Shown: positions 1 to 8,242, counted from the stretch's first letter. The stretch: 20,000 nt of DNA from an uncultured virus (IMG/VR IMGVR_UViG_3300015306_000001) (IMGVR_UViG_3300015306_000001); one strand, 5' to 3'. Program-made: numbers and translations. The notes: generated by a model from the letters alone, not told the origin.

Positions 1-1490
1 CCAAGCGCGTCAAGCTTAGGCGCGCCGCGCTTCTCAGCGGTTGGCCCGTCGATCTGCGCCGTTTGCGTCCGTGCATCCATCGCGACATAAAGCGAAAGCG
101 GCTCATTCGTCAGAATAAGGCCCGCCGCGTGCGTCGTAGAATGCGAAGGATTGCCGCCAAGCCTTCCTGCAACCGCCATCTCAGGATGGCGCTCAAGGAA
201 TGCCTTGCCGGTTGCAGTTTGATCGAATGCGTCTTGCAACGCTTTATCTGAGCGCGAATCGCCTGCTGCGTACTTCGTCACGGAGGCAATAACAGGCGTC
301 GTCTCGTATTTCGCAACGCCCATCGCCTTGGCTGTTTCGTTCATCGAATTCTTGGATTGCCACATTGAAACGGCACCGATTTTCGCAACACGATCCGCAC
401 CATACTTATTTTTCAGGTACTCGATAACCTGATCACGCTCAGTCGCAGAAAAGTCCGTATCGATATCGGGATAGTCAGGGCGGTTCGGATCGATAAAGCG
501 CCAGAACAAAAGACCGTGCGGGATCGGATCGACTTCGGTAATGCGAAGGAGATAACAAACGAGCGAGCCCGCCGAAGAACCACGCCCAGGACCAACAAGC
601 ATTTCCTTTCGCGCCCAGCGAAGGAGGTCGCTGAGAAGGTGAAAATAGTTGTCGAATTGTTTGTCTGCGATGACCTTTAGCTCTGTATCGAGACGTTCGG
701 CATAGACGGGGTTGCCCAGGTCAACGCCAAGTTCTTTCGCGCCTTCTATGCAAAGCTCGCGAAGAGACTGCGACGGTTTTGGGTCAATAAGCGAGGCTTT
801 CGGAAGAGTAGCGTCACAAGCATCGAAAACGATCATGCGATTGCGCAGCGCAATCCATACAAGATCGCCTAGCCCCTTCGCTTCAATAGCCGCTGACCAC
901 TCCTCATCGCTCAAAATATGCTGCGGATACGTCTGCAAAGAAGCCCCGCGTCCGCAAGCCGTCTCATAGTCGTATCTCTGATCTTCGGTCGCGTAGCGGT
1001 TTTCCTGATGCGCAATGAAACGAAAGCCTCGCTTTTTGGCTTCGTTAATCAAGCCTTTTGGCGTGGCAACGCTGAGCCCGATAAACAAGTTAGGGTCAGC
1101 CGGGTCTAGCTCATCAAGCCGCGCGCGATAGCCCGCGATCTTATAGACACCTTCAACATTGGCGATGTCGCTGTATTGAAGCTGCGGAACGTAACGAAAC
1201 TGCGAAGTCGCCTTGCCGATCAGAAGATTGATCGGCTGAATCGATTCCTTGGCCAAGAATGTGAAGCCATCAACGATAGGCTTCTTAGCGTTCAGCGATG
1301 GCGTAACGGCAATGGTCGCGCCGAAGATAGGCTTAAGCTCCGCCTCAGTCGCGGCCTTGTTCCATTCGTCATAGCCAAAAGCAGTTGTGTCGGCTAGGGG
1401 CGCATAGCCCCAGCCGATTTCTTTGAGTCGTTGAACGGCATCTTTCGGGGAGCCGTAAGCGTGTCGAAAGCTGAAAGAAGTTTTGATCAC
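1..1490 (-). CDS. dnaE: DNA polymerase III alpha-like (family C) polymerase, N-terminal 496 codons; continues past the left edge
   Basis: Hand translation from GTG at 1490 (GTGA overlap with upstream stop) is open to base 1: MIKTSFSFRHAYG...VGPGRGSSAGSLVCYLLRITEVDPIPHGLLFWRFIDPNRPDYPDIDTDF...THAAGLIL...KLDAL. Contains the DnaE GRGS, PDxDxD, HAAG and KxDxL motifs. Confidence 0.97.
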   Translation of the reverse strand, partial: MIKTSFSFRHAYGSPKDAVQRLKEIGWGYAPLADTTAFGYDEWNKAATEAELKPIFGATIAVTPSLNAKKPIVDGFTFLAKESIQPINLLIGKATSQFRYVPQLQYSDIANVEGVYKIAGYRARLDELDPADPNLFIGLSVATPKGLINEAKKRGFRFIAHQENRYATEDQRYDYETACGRGASLQTYPQHILSDEEWSAAIEAKGLGDLVWIALRNRMIVFDACDATLPKASLIDPKPSQSLRELCIEGAKELGVDLGNPVYAERLDTELKVIADKQFDNYFHLLSDLLRWARKEMLVGPGRGSSAGSLVCYLLRITEVDPIPHGLLFWRFIDPNRPDYPDIDTDFSATERDQVIEYLKNKYGADRVAKIGAVSMWQSKNSMNETAKAMGVAKYETTPVIASVTKYAAGDSRSDKALQDAFDQTATGKAFLERHPEMAVAGRLGGNPSHSTTHAAGLILTNEPLSLYVAMDARTQTAQIDGPTAEKRGAPKLDAL

Positions 1491-1843
1491 TTCGTAACCA
1501 CCTTCAATTCTTCCATAATCCGAAGCCGAAGAGCTTCGAACATCTCGCGTGCCTCGGGAGTCTTGATCACTTGTTCGCCGGCTTCTGAGGCTGCGATCAT
1601 ATAGATCGTTCCTTTAGATGGAAGAAGACAAGCAACAATTGCTAAAAAAGTTGCAAAAAGCAAAAGCCGTTTTGCGGTTTTGCGAACCGAAATAATTTGT
1701 CGACTGTTTAAATTAGTAGGCTCGGCGGCAGCAAGAAATGAAAAGCCTCCAGCAAAAATAAGCAGAACGGTTCCCATTCCAAACAGTGGCGCAAGCCTAC
1801 CGACAACCTCAGCTATATAAAGCATCCAAGACAAAGAATTCAT
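1487..1843 (-). CDS. hypothetical phage membrane protein (2-3 TM)
   Basis: 118 aa with hydrophobic segments; AGGAG RBS; stop overlaps the dnaE start. Confidence 0.8.
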   Translation of the reverse strand: MNSLSWMLYIAEVVGRLAPLFGMGTVLLIFAGGFSFLAAAEPTNLNSRQIISVRKTAKRLLLFATFLAIVACLLPSKGTIYMIAASEAGEQVIKTPEAREMFEALRLRIMEELKVVTK

Positions 1844-1853
1844 CGCTTCTCTC

Positions 1854-2111
1854 CTACTGAATCATATTTCCGCAAATAAAGATCAGCCCTTCGTGATCTT
1901 CGTCAACGTCATAGAACCCGTGTTTTGCGTCATTTGCCACGAGGAAAGGCTCATGATTTCCAAAGGCTGCGATCTCAACGCCGTGCTTCATTGTAAGATG
2001 TGCCAGTTCTGTCAAAAATGCTCGAACCTTTTCCTCGCTCAGCCCGCTACTATCATCGAAGTCGTCAAAATCGTCAAAATCCTCATCGTGGAATTCTACA
2101 CTATCGTTCAT
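1854..2111 (-). CDS. very acidic hypothetical protein
   Basis: 85 aa with a DEDFDDFDDFDD tract; ATGA overlap with the upstream gene; GGAGG RBS. Confidence 0.75.
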   Translation of the reverse strand: MNDSVEFHDEDFDDFDDFDDSSGLSEEKVRAFLTELAHLTMKHGVEIAAFGNHEPFLVANDAKHGFYDVDEDHEGLIFICGNMIQ

Positions 2112-2647
2112 ATTGAACCCTCCTTAACCATATATATAAGGCATCGTTCCGTTGCCTCCACATCCGACTTCGCGCCGTGGGCTCCATCGAAGCCCTCATT
2201 ATAGAAGGTTTCATGTAGCAATGTCAAGTTCGGACGGAAGCCAAATCGCCACTCATTCTCTGAAACTGTATCGATCAGCCGCTTTTCCGAATAGTCCCAA
2301 TCAATGCCCGCGCGCCTAAAATCAAAACTGAGCATCATCAAATCGAAGAGGAGATTATGGCCAGCGTAAGCGTCACAATCCTGCATAAAGGCATGAATCT
2401 TCTCAGCTTCGCTGATAAAAGTTGGCTTATCCAGAAGAAATTCTTCCGTCAAGCCTGTAACCTTCATAGCGCCAGCATCCATTGGAACGCCAATTTTGAA
2501 CCAGGAATGATAATCGCCAAGCGCTTCGCCGGTTTCGGTATCGATACGTTTGGCGTATAACTCTACGGTCCAAGGTTGCTTATTAAGCGCTCGCTGAGTT
2601 GAGTGCCAAAGCGCACTTGTTTCTGTATCAAAGACAATCGTCTTCAC
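2108..2647 (-). CDS. DEDDh 3'-5' exonuclease (DnaQ/epsilon-like)
   Basis: ExoI VFDTET, ExoII GHNLLFD, ExoIII AHGAKSD. GTG at 2647 preferred to 2665 because AAAGGA lies 7 nt upstream. Confidence 0.92.
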   Translation of the reverse strand: MKTIVFDTETSALWHSTQRALNKQPWTVELYAKRIDTETGEALGDYHSWFKIGVPMDAGAMKVTGLTEEFLLDKPTFISEAEKIHAFMQDCDAYAGHNLLFDLMMLSFDFRRAGIDWDYSEKRLIDTVSENEWRFGFRPNLTLLHETFYNEGFDGAHGAKSDVEATERCLIYMVKEGSI

Positions 2648-3158
2648 GGGCAATCCTTTCTGCACGTATTTGCGCTTGTGTTTCCGCTCTCCGCTTAATG
2701 AATTTGGCTCGTTCTTCCTCGTTCATAGATTGCCAAAATCCTTTAACTGCTTTGGTGCCTTTTGCAACAAGATCAGCCATAAGTTCTTTGGCTTTAGGAT
2801 GACGTTCAAGAAAATCTTGCCGATTGTCTCTTTTCGTCCCTAGTTCAAGATGGTTTGGATTACAGCATTTAGTGTTATCGCATTTATGCCGAACAATCAA
2901 TTCATCGGGAATTGAACCTACGTAAACTTCATAAGATTTTCGATGAAGCAAAAATTCTTCGTCTTCAAACTGTCCTTCTTTATACTTTCCTTCTCGACAA
3001 CCCTTTGCTTCCCAACAATCGTCAACATTTCCTTTGTTAATCTTTGTATCTAAATAAGCCTCGATTGTTTTCGGGCGACGTTTTTCCCAAGCCTTACCCA
3101 TTTGAACACTTCGCGGGTTATTAGGATCAACTGACTTTCGCTTTCGAATATTTCTCAC
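2628..3158 (-). CDS. HNH homing endonuclease (Zn-binding loop type)
   Basis: DCWE...HRKSYE...VRHKCDNTKCCNPNHLELGT..DN..D; AT-rich; overlaps both neighbours. Confidence 0.9.
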   Translation of the reverse strand: MRNIRKRKSVDPNNPRSVQMGKAWEKRRPKTIEAYLDTKINKGNVDDCWEAKGCREGKYKEGQFEDEEFLLHRKSYEVYVGSIPDELIVRHKCDNTKCCNPNHLELGTKRDNRQDFLERHPKAKELMADLVAKGTKAVKGFWQSMNEEERAKFIKRRAETQAQIRAERIAREDDCL

Positions 3159-3505
3159 AGCGAAGAATCCAATCGACCTTCGATAATGCCATCACGCCTT
3201 CCCCTTTCGTAAGCCTCCGATTCTGCATCATCTATCTGGGCTTCTAGTCGCGACACCTCTCGTTCATGCTCAGATTCGAGATGGTTGATATCGGCGCGAT
3301 GTTCTTCATCTGCCGCATTAAGTCCTTCCTTGTAGCCTTCGTCGTATCCCTCATCCCAGCCTTCACCATCTGCCGCGTCAAGCGCGTTTCCCCAAAAGCT
3401 CTGCCAATCGCCGACGCTAATATAAGAAGGCCGCTCGATTACATCATCATCGATCAGAACCGTATTCAACGTAACGTCGAAGCGCTTAAAAAGCATTTCG
3501 GCCAT
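3155..3505 (-). CDS. hypothetical acidic coiled-coil protein with GY(D/K)EG repeats
   Basis: 116 aa; GWDEGYDEGYKEG; GAGG RBS; coupled to neighbours. Confidence 0.75.
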   Translation of the reverse strand: MAEMLFKRFDVTLNTVLIDDDVIERPSYISVGDWQSFWGNALDAADGEGWDEGYDEGYKEGLNAADEEHRADINHLESEHEREVSRLEAQIDDAESEAYERGRRDGIIEGRLDSSL

Positions 3506-3788
3506 CCTCGTTTAGTCCACCGCACATAACACGGACAAAATTAACACGATGCGGCGGCTTTTGCTTTTCAATCTGCTTGAGTCGTCTATTTGCGAAATAA
3601 ATAATCTTCCGCAAATCATACTCCTCTTCTGCGCCTTCTTTCTGCCCCAGCCGATAAGCTGCCTTAAAAATATTACCGACTGCGAAACTCATATTCTTGT
3701 ATTCGATCAAGTCGTTTAGCTCAGTAGCGCCGCTCGGAAGCTCGTAATAGCTTGTGCTTCCGCCGTCTGATGTTTGCTTATTCGTCAT
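3486..3788 (-). CDS. DUF3310/SaV-like phage protein
   Basis: DGGSTSYY...DLIE...F..GNIFKA.YR.G.K.....DL.K..Y pattern; ATG 3788 follows AAGGAG. Confidence 0.75.
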   Translation of the reverse strand: MTNKQTSDGGSTSYYELPSGATELNDLIEYKNMSFAVGNIFKAAYRLGQKEGAEEEYDLRKIIYFANRRLKQIEKQKPPHRVNFVRVMCGGLNEDGRNAF

Positions 3789-3957
3789 CTTCAATCTCCT
3801 TATAGCTAATAATCCGACAGATATCAGCAATCAAATCGTAACCGTTATGAATAACACGATCCATCTGATAAACCGTTTCAGCGCAATAGATATCGTTTTC
3901 ATCCACGAACTTCTTGCACAAATCGTAGAGCTTGATTTTTTGTTCTGAAGGTGTCAT
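3778..3957 (-). CDS. hypothetical phage protein (59 aa, not in ORF track)
   Basis: MTPSEQKIKLYDLCKKFVDENDIYCAETVYQMDRVIHNGYDLIADICRIISYKEIEDDE; fills the gap; ATGA overlap, GAGG RBS. Confidence 0.75.
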   Translation of the reverse strand: MTPSEQKIKLYDLCKKFVDENDIYCAETVYQMDRVIHNGYDLIADICRIISYKEIEDDE

Positions 3958-4169
3958 TCACTTACCTCAATCGTTCGAATAACATCTTTTAGAAAGCTCA
4001 AAGGAATCTCGTCTACTTGCTGAAAAACCAAGCCGCCGTACTTCTTGTCCATTCGACTAATCTGGTAACCAAGAGCCTCTTCTTTTGAACTGGCAACCTC
4101 TCTAGTTACGTTGACTGTTAGGTTGGAAGGGAAATTTTGCTGTACCGTAGTGACATTGTACAGTTTCAT
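3954..4169 (-). CDS. hypothetical protein
   Basis: MKLYNVTT..., ATGA overlap with the phosphatase stop, GGAG RBS. Confidence 0.7.
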   Translation of the reverse strand: MKLYNVTTVQQNFPSNLTVNVTREVASSKEEALGYQISRMDKKYGGLVFQQVDEIPLSFLKDVIRTIEVSE

Positions 4170-4597
4170 CGCAAGCTCCAAACCTCAAATCCAGCGTTCC
4201 GCATTTCTTCAATCACCTTATCCTTGACCTCGAAGCCTACCAGGACATTCGCCCTAGCTTCTTCGAGTGAGCCAAAGTAATCCGTCAGTAGTGCAATCTT
4301 GACCTCCGATTCGCTCCGATAATCCGTATCAGGACGCATAAGCACCTCGTCAACGGGAAAACCGTTCTTCGTCAACCAGTCGATTGTCTGGCGGTCGAAA
4401 CGGGCAGGACGGCCCGTCACAACAAGGATTTCGTAGTTGGCATCTGACAACCCTTGGAGAACGGCGCGGGTTGTCTCTATTGGCGTATCTGAAAGGAGAG
4501 CGCCTTGATACGCATCCCAGGATTCGTCTAGGAGGTGCTGGCGGGCCGTCGTGTCGCAGCAGATGCCGTCTAGGTCAATGACGATAGTGTTTTTCAC
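4166..4597 (-). CDS. HAD-superfamily phosphatase (polynucleotide kinase 3'-phosphatase-like)
   Basis: IVIDLDG motif I, VTGR motif II, LMRP..D.R....K; no kinase domain; motif IV reads FEVK rather than the usual acidic pair. Confidence 0.82.
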   Translation of the reverse strand: MKNTIVIDLDGICCDTTARQHLLDESWDAYQGALLSDTPIETTRAVLQGLSDANYEILVVTGRPARFDRQTIDWLTKNGFPVDEVLMRPDTDYRSESEVKIALLTDYFGSLEEARANVLVGFEVKDKVIEEMRNAGFEVWSLR

Positions 4598-4755
4598 GGC
4601 ATCCCCTTGACAGAAGCGCCAGCTACCGCAAAGCTTGCGATGCAGCAGAAAGCGAACAAATAGATATGAGGGGTTGATACCATCGTTCTAAGAGCATCAG
4701 CGCAAAAGACAGCGCTAATAAGCCCAAAACCGACAAACAAACCAGAAAAGATCAT
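4594..4755 (-). CDS. small membrane protein (53 aa, not in ORF track)
   Basis: MIFSGLFVGFGLISAVFCADALRTMVSTPHIYLFAFCCIASFAVAGASVKGMP; TGATG and GTGA overlaps at its two ends. Confidence 0.65.
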   Translation of the reverse strand: MIFSGLFVGFGLISAVFCADALRTMVSTPHIYLFAFCCIASFAVAGASVKGMP

Positions 4756-5315
4756 CACTTCGCCTTTCCGAGACTCGTCTTTACAGTCCGCCCCGTGTAG
4801 ATACCAAGAGCCTGCGTATCGACTTCCTCGCCACTCTTCAAGCGCTCGCGAACGAAGCTGGCAAGCGTCTGAGGATGGACGCCTTCCGTCACTTCAGCGG
4901 GATAGCCCTTCTCCTTCAGTTCGGCGGCAAGGCTCTTAGCCTCGTTGTCCTGCCCCTTCCCGAACGCAAGGCTGATTTCGTTCTTGATGATGCTTTCGCC
5001 ACCGTACTCCACGATAAGCGCCAGGGCCGCACGCTTAGCTTCTGGATCGCGGGGAAGCGTTCCGCTCACGACTTCATTGATCTTGACGCTGAAGCCGTCT
5101 GCGAGGCTGAATGACTCCATACCAAGATCACCAAGCGCTTCGGGAAGCTCCTGCGTCTTTAGCTCGTTAGCGCGCCCCTTCAGAAGCTTCGTCGTCTCCT
5201 CTAGTTCGGCAATCTGCGTTTCCAGATCGCGAAGCTCTTCGGCCAGCTTGCGAACCGTAGCGATATCGCCTTGCGATTGTTCGGTCTCGAATGCGCTAAA
5301 ATCAGTCAAGGGCAT
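4755..5315 (-). CDS. conserved phage replication-module protein (coiled coil plus VHPQTL motif)
   Basis: 186 aa; N-terminal coiled coil; C-terminal VHPQTLASFVRE motif typical of a family found near phage SSB/polymerase genes; AGGAG RBS. Confidence 0.8.
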   Translation of the reverse strand: MPLTDFSAFETEQSQGDIATVRKLAEELRDLETQIAELEETTKLLKGRANELKTQELPEALGDLGMESFSLADGFSVKINEVVSGTLPRDPEAKRAALALIVEYGGESIIKNEISLAFGKGQDNEAKSLAAELKEKGYPAEVTEGVHPQTLASFVRERLKSGEEVDTQALGIYTGRTVKTSLGKAK

Positions 5316-5565
5316 TGGTATTCTCTCCTAGAAGTTCGATGTCGATACCGAATTCATTGATAGAGCCATAACCCTCAACAAATTCACTGCCATACCCTTC
5401 AATCACACCGCGCGCATAAAGGGAAGCCAAATGCTCAGCGTGATCGCGTGTATCATATGCAGGGAATATAAGATCACGAAACTCTTGCATAAATGATTCG
5501 GTGAACTTCGTTTCATCTAGCGAAACGCGGATCGTTTGAGTGACTTCTACGTTAAAGGTTTGCAT
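5302..5565 (-). CDS. hypothetical phage protein
   Basis: MQTFNVEVTQ...FVEGYG; GGAGG RBS before ATG 5565. Confidence 0.78.
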   Translation of the reverse strand: MQTFNVEVTQTIRVSLDETKFTESFMQEFRDLIFPAYDTRDHAEHLASLYARGVIEGYGSEFVEGYGSINEFGIDIELLGENTNALD

Positions 5566-5737
5566 CTTTATCCTCCACAACCCCCTCTTCAATATACATT
5601 TGATCGTTAAAATTATCAATCAACGTATCAATGATATTCTCAAGACTGTCATATTCCGTGACGTTGAATTCAAGATCAAGCCAACGCTCTTCGACTGCAT
5701 CATGAGCGGTAAACTGGCGACGATAACTTATTTTCAT
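5552..5737 (-). CDS. acidic hypothetical protein
   Basis: 61 aa; ATGA overlap with the upstream gene; GAGG RBS. Confidence 0.65.
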   Translation of the reverse strand: MKISYRRQFTAHDAVEERWLDLEFNVTEYDSLENIIDTLIDNFNDQMYIEEGVVEDKDANL

Positions 5738-5895
5738 AGCTCTTCATCCTCATCAAAATAGCCGGTCTCACGCAGCGATTCATAATAACCCTGCCAGTTA
5801 TCGACGCCGCCGCTTTCAAGAGCAATACGCCACTTCGCGTCGTCCAGAAGCTCTTCATATTCTTTGCGGCTGATCGTTACGGTTTCTTCTTCCAT
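5734..5895 (-). CDS. small phage protein with GVDNWxGY motif (53 aa, not in ORF track)
   Basis: MEEETVTISRKEYEELLDDAKWRIALESGGVDNWQGYYESLRETGYFDEDEEL; GGAG RBS. Confidence 0.8.
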   Translation of the reverse strand: MEEETVTISRKEYEELLDDAKWRIALESGGVDNWQGYYESLRETGYFDEDEEL

Positions 5896-5909
5896 CTTTT
5901 CTCTCCATC

Positions 5910-5946
5910 AAAAAGAAACCCGGCACAACTCGCGCCATGCCGGGGT
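5910..5946 (-). terminator. intrinsic terminator
   Basis: CCCGGCA/TGCCGGG stem followed by TTTCTTTT on the minus strand, just after the stop at 5952. Confidence 0.65.
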
Positions 5947-5951
5947 CGGGG

Positions 5952-6191
5952 TTACTTCGTGTCGGTTGTCACGGTTGATCGAAAGAACGCGCCTACAAAT
6001 CCGAGAGCCGCACCTAGCTGCCACATGGCATAGCCTGCCGTATCAAAGCCCGCACGGGCGAAGAAGCCCATCACGGTATCCTCAAAGAACAGGCCGACCA
6101 CCCACCCCACGAAAGCGCCCGCAAGAACGCCGATAAGAGGGAAGAGGATAATCAGGGCGAAGACGCCCAAGAGTGCGAGAATTGTTTTCAT
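5952..6191 (-). CDS. small membrane protein
   Basis: 79 aa, two Gly-rich hydrophobic stretches; GAGG RBS. Confidence 0.8.
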   Translation of the reverse strand: MKTILALLGVFALIILFPLIGVLAGAFVGWVVGLFFEDTVMGFFARAGFDTAGYAMWQLGAALGFVGAFFRSTVTTDTK

Positions 6192-6201
6192 GTGTCAAGC
6201 C

Positions 6202-6972
6202 TCAAAAAGGTACGTCATCGGAGCGAACGTCGTCATCTTCGCGTGTATCGGCCTTAGCCGTTCCCGCCTGAATAGAACGCTGAAGAGCCTTTGCGGATTC
6301 CAAAACCTCAGCCGCATTCGGAAGGTCCATCGTCAGCGGGCCGTCTTCGATCTTCCAGTTCTTCCACTTCTTGCCATTGCCGGAATCATCGAAAGAAGTC
6401 AGAAGATACGTCTTATACATCAGCGGGGCGGGGCGACCATTCGGCATACGAATGGAAGTCGCCTTCGTCATAAACTGGCGCATGACCTTCAACGACGACT
6501 TCTTGAACGCCGCAAAGCTCCAGCGGTTATCGGCACTCAGATTGAGGCCATAAAGCTGGACATAGGAGATGATTTCGTTTCCTTCCTTCGTCAGCGTCTG
6601 ATTCTTGTCGTTCCGCTCAAGACCAAGCTCAGCGATACGGTCATAGTCATACCGGGCGACGATGCCACCGCCCTGATTCTCAGGCTTCCATTCAATTTGG
6701 ACCTTTTCGCGCATCACCGGAAGGAAGTGAACCGGACCCTGGAAGACCTCTCCAAGAGAGACATCCGCGACCATACCGGACTTAGCGCCTTCAATGTACT
6801 TGGCATGGCCTTCCTCGATCTGAGGAGAAAGCGCACCAAGGACAGCGAGGCGAGGAATGATAAAGTCAGAGCTATCGACGTGGCCAAAACCCGCGTCTAC
6901 ATCATCAAACGCCCCTGCGAGCGCCACAGCGTTAACGGCTTCTTCCTGAACTGCAACTGCATTCTTAGCCAT
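6202..6972 (-). CDS. putative single-stranded DNA-binding protein
   Basis: DFIIPRL...LSPQ motif, acidic tail ending DDVPF; own promoter; replication context. Confidence 0.65.
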   Translation of the reverse strand: MAKNAVAVQEEAVNAVALAGAFDDVDAGFGHVDSSDFIIPRLAVLGALSPQIEEGHAKYIEGAKSGMVADVSLGEVFQGPVHFLPVMREKVQIEWKPENQGGGIVARYDYDRIAELGLERNDKNQTLTKEGNEIISYVQLYGLNLSADNRWSFAAFKKSSLKVMRQFMTKATSIRMPNGRPAPLMYKTYLLTSFDDSGNGKKWKNWKIEDGPLTMDLPNAAEVLESAKALQRSIQAGTAKADTREDDDVRSDDVPF

Positions 6973-7017
6973 TCTAATTTCCTATTTTCTTGTTTCGGCG
7001 CACCAAGGCGCAAGACA

Positions 7018-7046
7018 TGTGTAGCCGATTGCGGCGGGAAAGTCAA
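7018..7046 (-). promoter_or_regulatory. sigma70-type promoter for the SSB-like gene
   Basis: TTGACT-17 nt-TACACA. Confidence 0.7.
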
Positions 7047-7058
7047 GTGAAATCGGGA

Positions 7059-7316
7059 CTAGCGCCGAAAAATCCTGTGCTGACCCGCCACATATCCAAC
7101 TTGCTGAATTTCGCGCAAATCGCCAATCTCCACAAGCCTATCAACGCAGGCAAGTAGCTGCCACGAATCGCCAAGGCTACCGCTGATGATCTCTTCCATG
7201 CGCGCCACGCCAGCCGTCTTGCAGAGCGAGAAGGCGCGATCCCTGATCTTAAGGAATTTTCGCTGCCCTTCATCAGTAAATACAGAGGGGCGCTCTTTTT
7301 CATATTCATATCCCAT
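7059..7316 (-). CDS. hypothetical phage protein
   Basis: MGYEYEKERP...GDSWQLLACVDRLVEIG; AAGGAG RBS before ATG 7316. Confidence 0.8.
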   Translation of the reverse strand: MGYEYEKERPSVFTDEGQRKFLKIRDRAFSLCKTAGVARMEEIISGSLGDSWQLLACVDRLVEIGDLREIQQVGYVAGQHRIFRR

Positions 7317-7331
7317 TTCAATCTCCTTCTG

Positions 7332-7387
7332 GCGGAGGCGCAAAACGCGCCTCCGCTTTATCTAGCACGACCAAACGGAAAAGGCAA
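7332..7387 (-). promoter_or_regulatory. leftward sigma70-type promoter with a perfect 10-bp palindrome over the predicted start site
   Basis: TTGCCT(7387-7382)-17 nt-TAGATA(7364-7359); GCGGAGGCGC-aaaac-GCGCCTCCGC at 7332-7356. Confidence 0.6.
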
Positions 7388-7626
7388 TACCAAAAGCGGA
7401 TAGGAATGTACGCGCAATTTCAATAACTTAACCACTAGCTATACCAAATTCACGCCAAAACTGAAAACTTTTCTTTTCATTGATTACCTATCCCTCCTTC
7501 TCTTTCTCCTTACTTTTAGAAAGAGAGAAGAATATGGTATAGGAAAGAGGGAAAAGCCTTATGCCACAAGGGTTTGAGCCTATACCAAATCTGTTCAGGG
7601 CCTCAAAACCGTATAGAATTTGTATA
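7385..7626. repeat. iteron-like repeats, candidate replication origin
   Basis: CTATACCAAAT at 7439 and 7580, inverted 10/11 copy at 7532-7542, weaker copies at 7385, 7606-7616 (rev) and 7617-7626 (rev); AT-rich, non-coding. Confidence 0.55.
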
Positions 7627-7638
7627 TCACAATCAGTA

Positions 7639-7667
7639 TTGACTTACGTACCGTTTTGTGCTAAAAT
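7639..7667 (+). promoter_or_regulatory. sigma70 promoter with extended -10
   Basis: TTGACT-17 nt-TAAAAT, with TGn before the -10. Confidence 0.75.
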
Positions 7668-7690
7668 AGAATTTTACAATCGGGTGCTTT

Positions 7691-8188
7691 ATGTTAAAGA
7701 TCGAACGATTAAAAGAATGCCTGCGCTATGACGCCGCTTTTGGCCGCTTTTATGCTCTAAAACCTCTCGGAGCGAGAGGTGTTGGGAAAGAAGCAGGAAG
7801 TGTCAACTCTATAGGATACCGATACGTCAGTATCGATCGCGTAACCTATTTAGAGCATAGGTTAGTTTGGTTTTACTGCTACGGAGAATGGCCAAAATGC
7901 GATATTGACCATATTAATGGCGATAAGAAAGATAATAGAATTGAGAATTTGCGGCTGGCAACAGTATCGCAAAATTGTTTTAATACTAAAATTTCTAAAA
8001 GAAATACTAGTGGTTTTAAAGGAGTTGATTACCATAAACCTACTAAAAAATGGAGAGCCGCAATTAAAATAAGCGGCAAAAACTATCACATTGGCCTTTT
8101 TGCTACAGCGGAAGAGGCTGGCGCTGCTTACGCTGAGTTCGCAAAGAAGGCCCATGGAGAATTTTATAACTCTGTTAAAGCCCCTTGA
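7691..8188 (+). CDS. HNH-AP2 homing endonuclease
   Basis: EHRLVW...IDHINGDKKDNRIENLR, then AP2-like NTSGFKGV..KWRAAI...HIGLF; low GC. Confidence 0.93.
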   Translation: MLKIERLKECLRYDAAFGRFYALKPLGARGVGKEAGSVNSIGYRYVSIDRVTYLEHRLVWFYCYGEWPKCDIDHINGDKKDNRIENLRLATVSQNCFNTKISKRNTSGFKGVDYHKPTKKWRAAIKISGKNYHIGLFATAEEAGAAYAEFAKKAHGEFYNSVKAP

Positions 8189-8213
8189 CATGAGGCGGCG
8201 GATTGGATATGTT
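8185..8213 (+). promoter_or_regulatory. sigma70 promoter
   Basis: TTGACA-17 nt-TATGTT; the HNH stop codon lies inside the -35 box. Confidence 0.75.
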
Positions 8214-8242
8214 GGGTGTGTGTTTGATGAAGGAGAATTGGA

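Noticed and set aside
63..1397. Small ORFs listed in the first 1.4 kb
   Set aside because: All overlap the continuous minus-strand DnaE frame, which the track missed because it has no stop in the window.
6190..7050. 286-aa plus-strand ORF
   Set aside because: Antisense shadow of the SSB-like gene; no RBS or motifs; opposes the operon direction.
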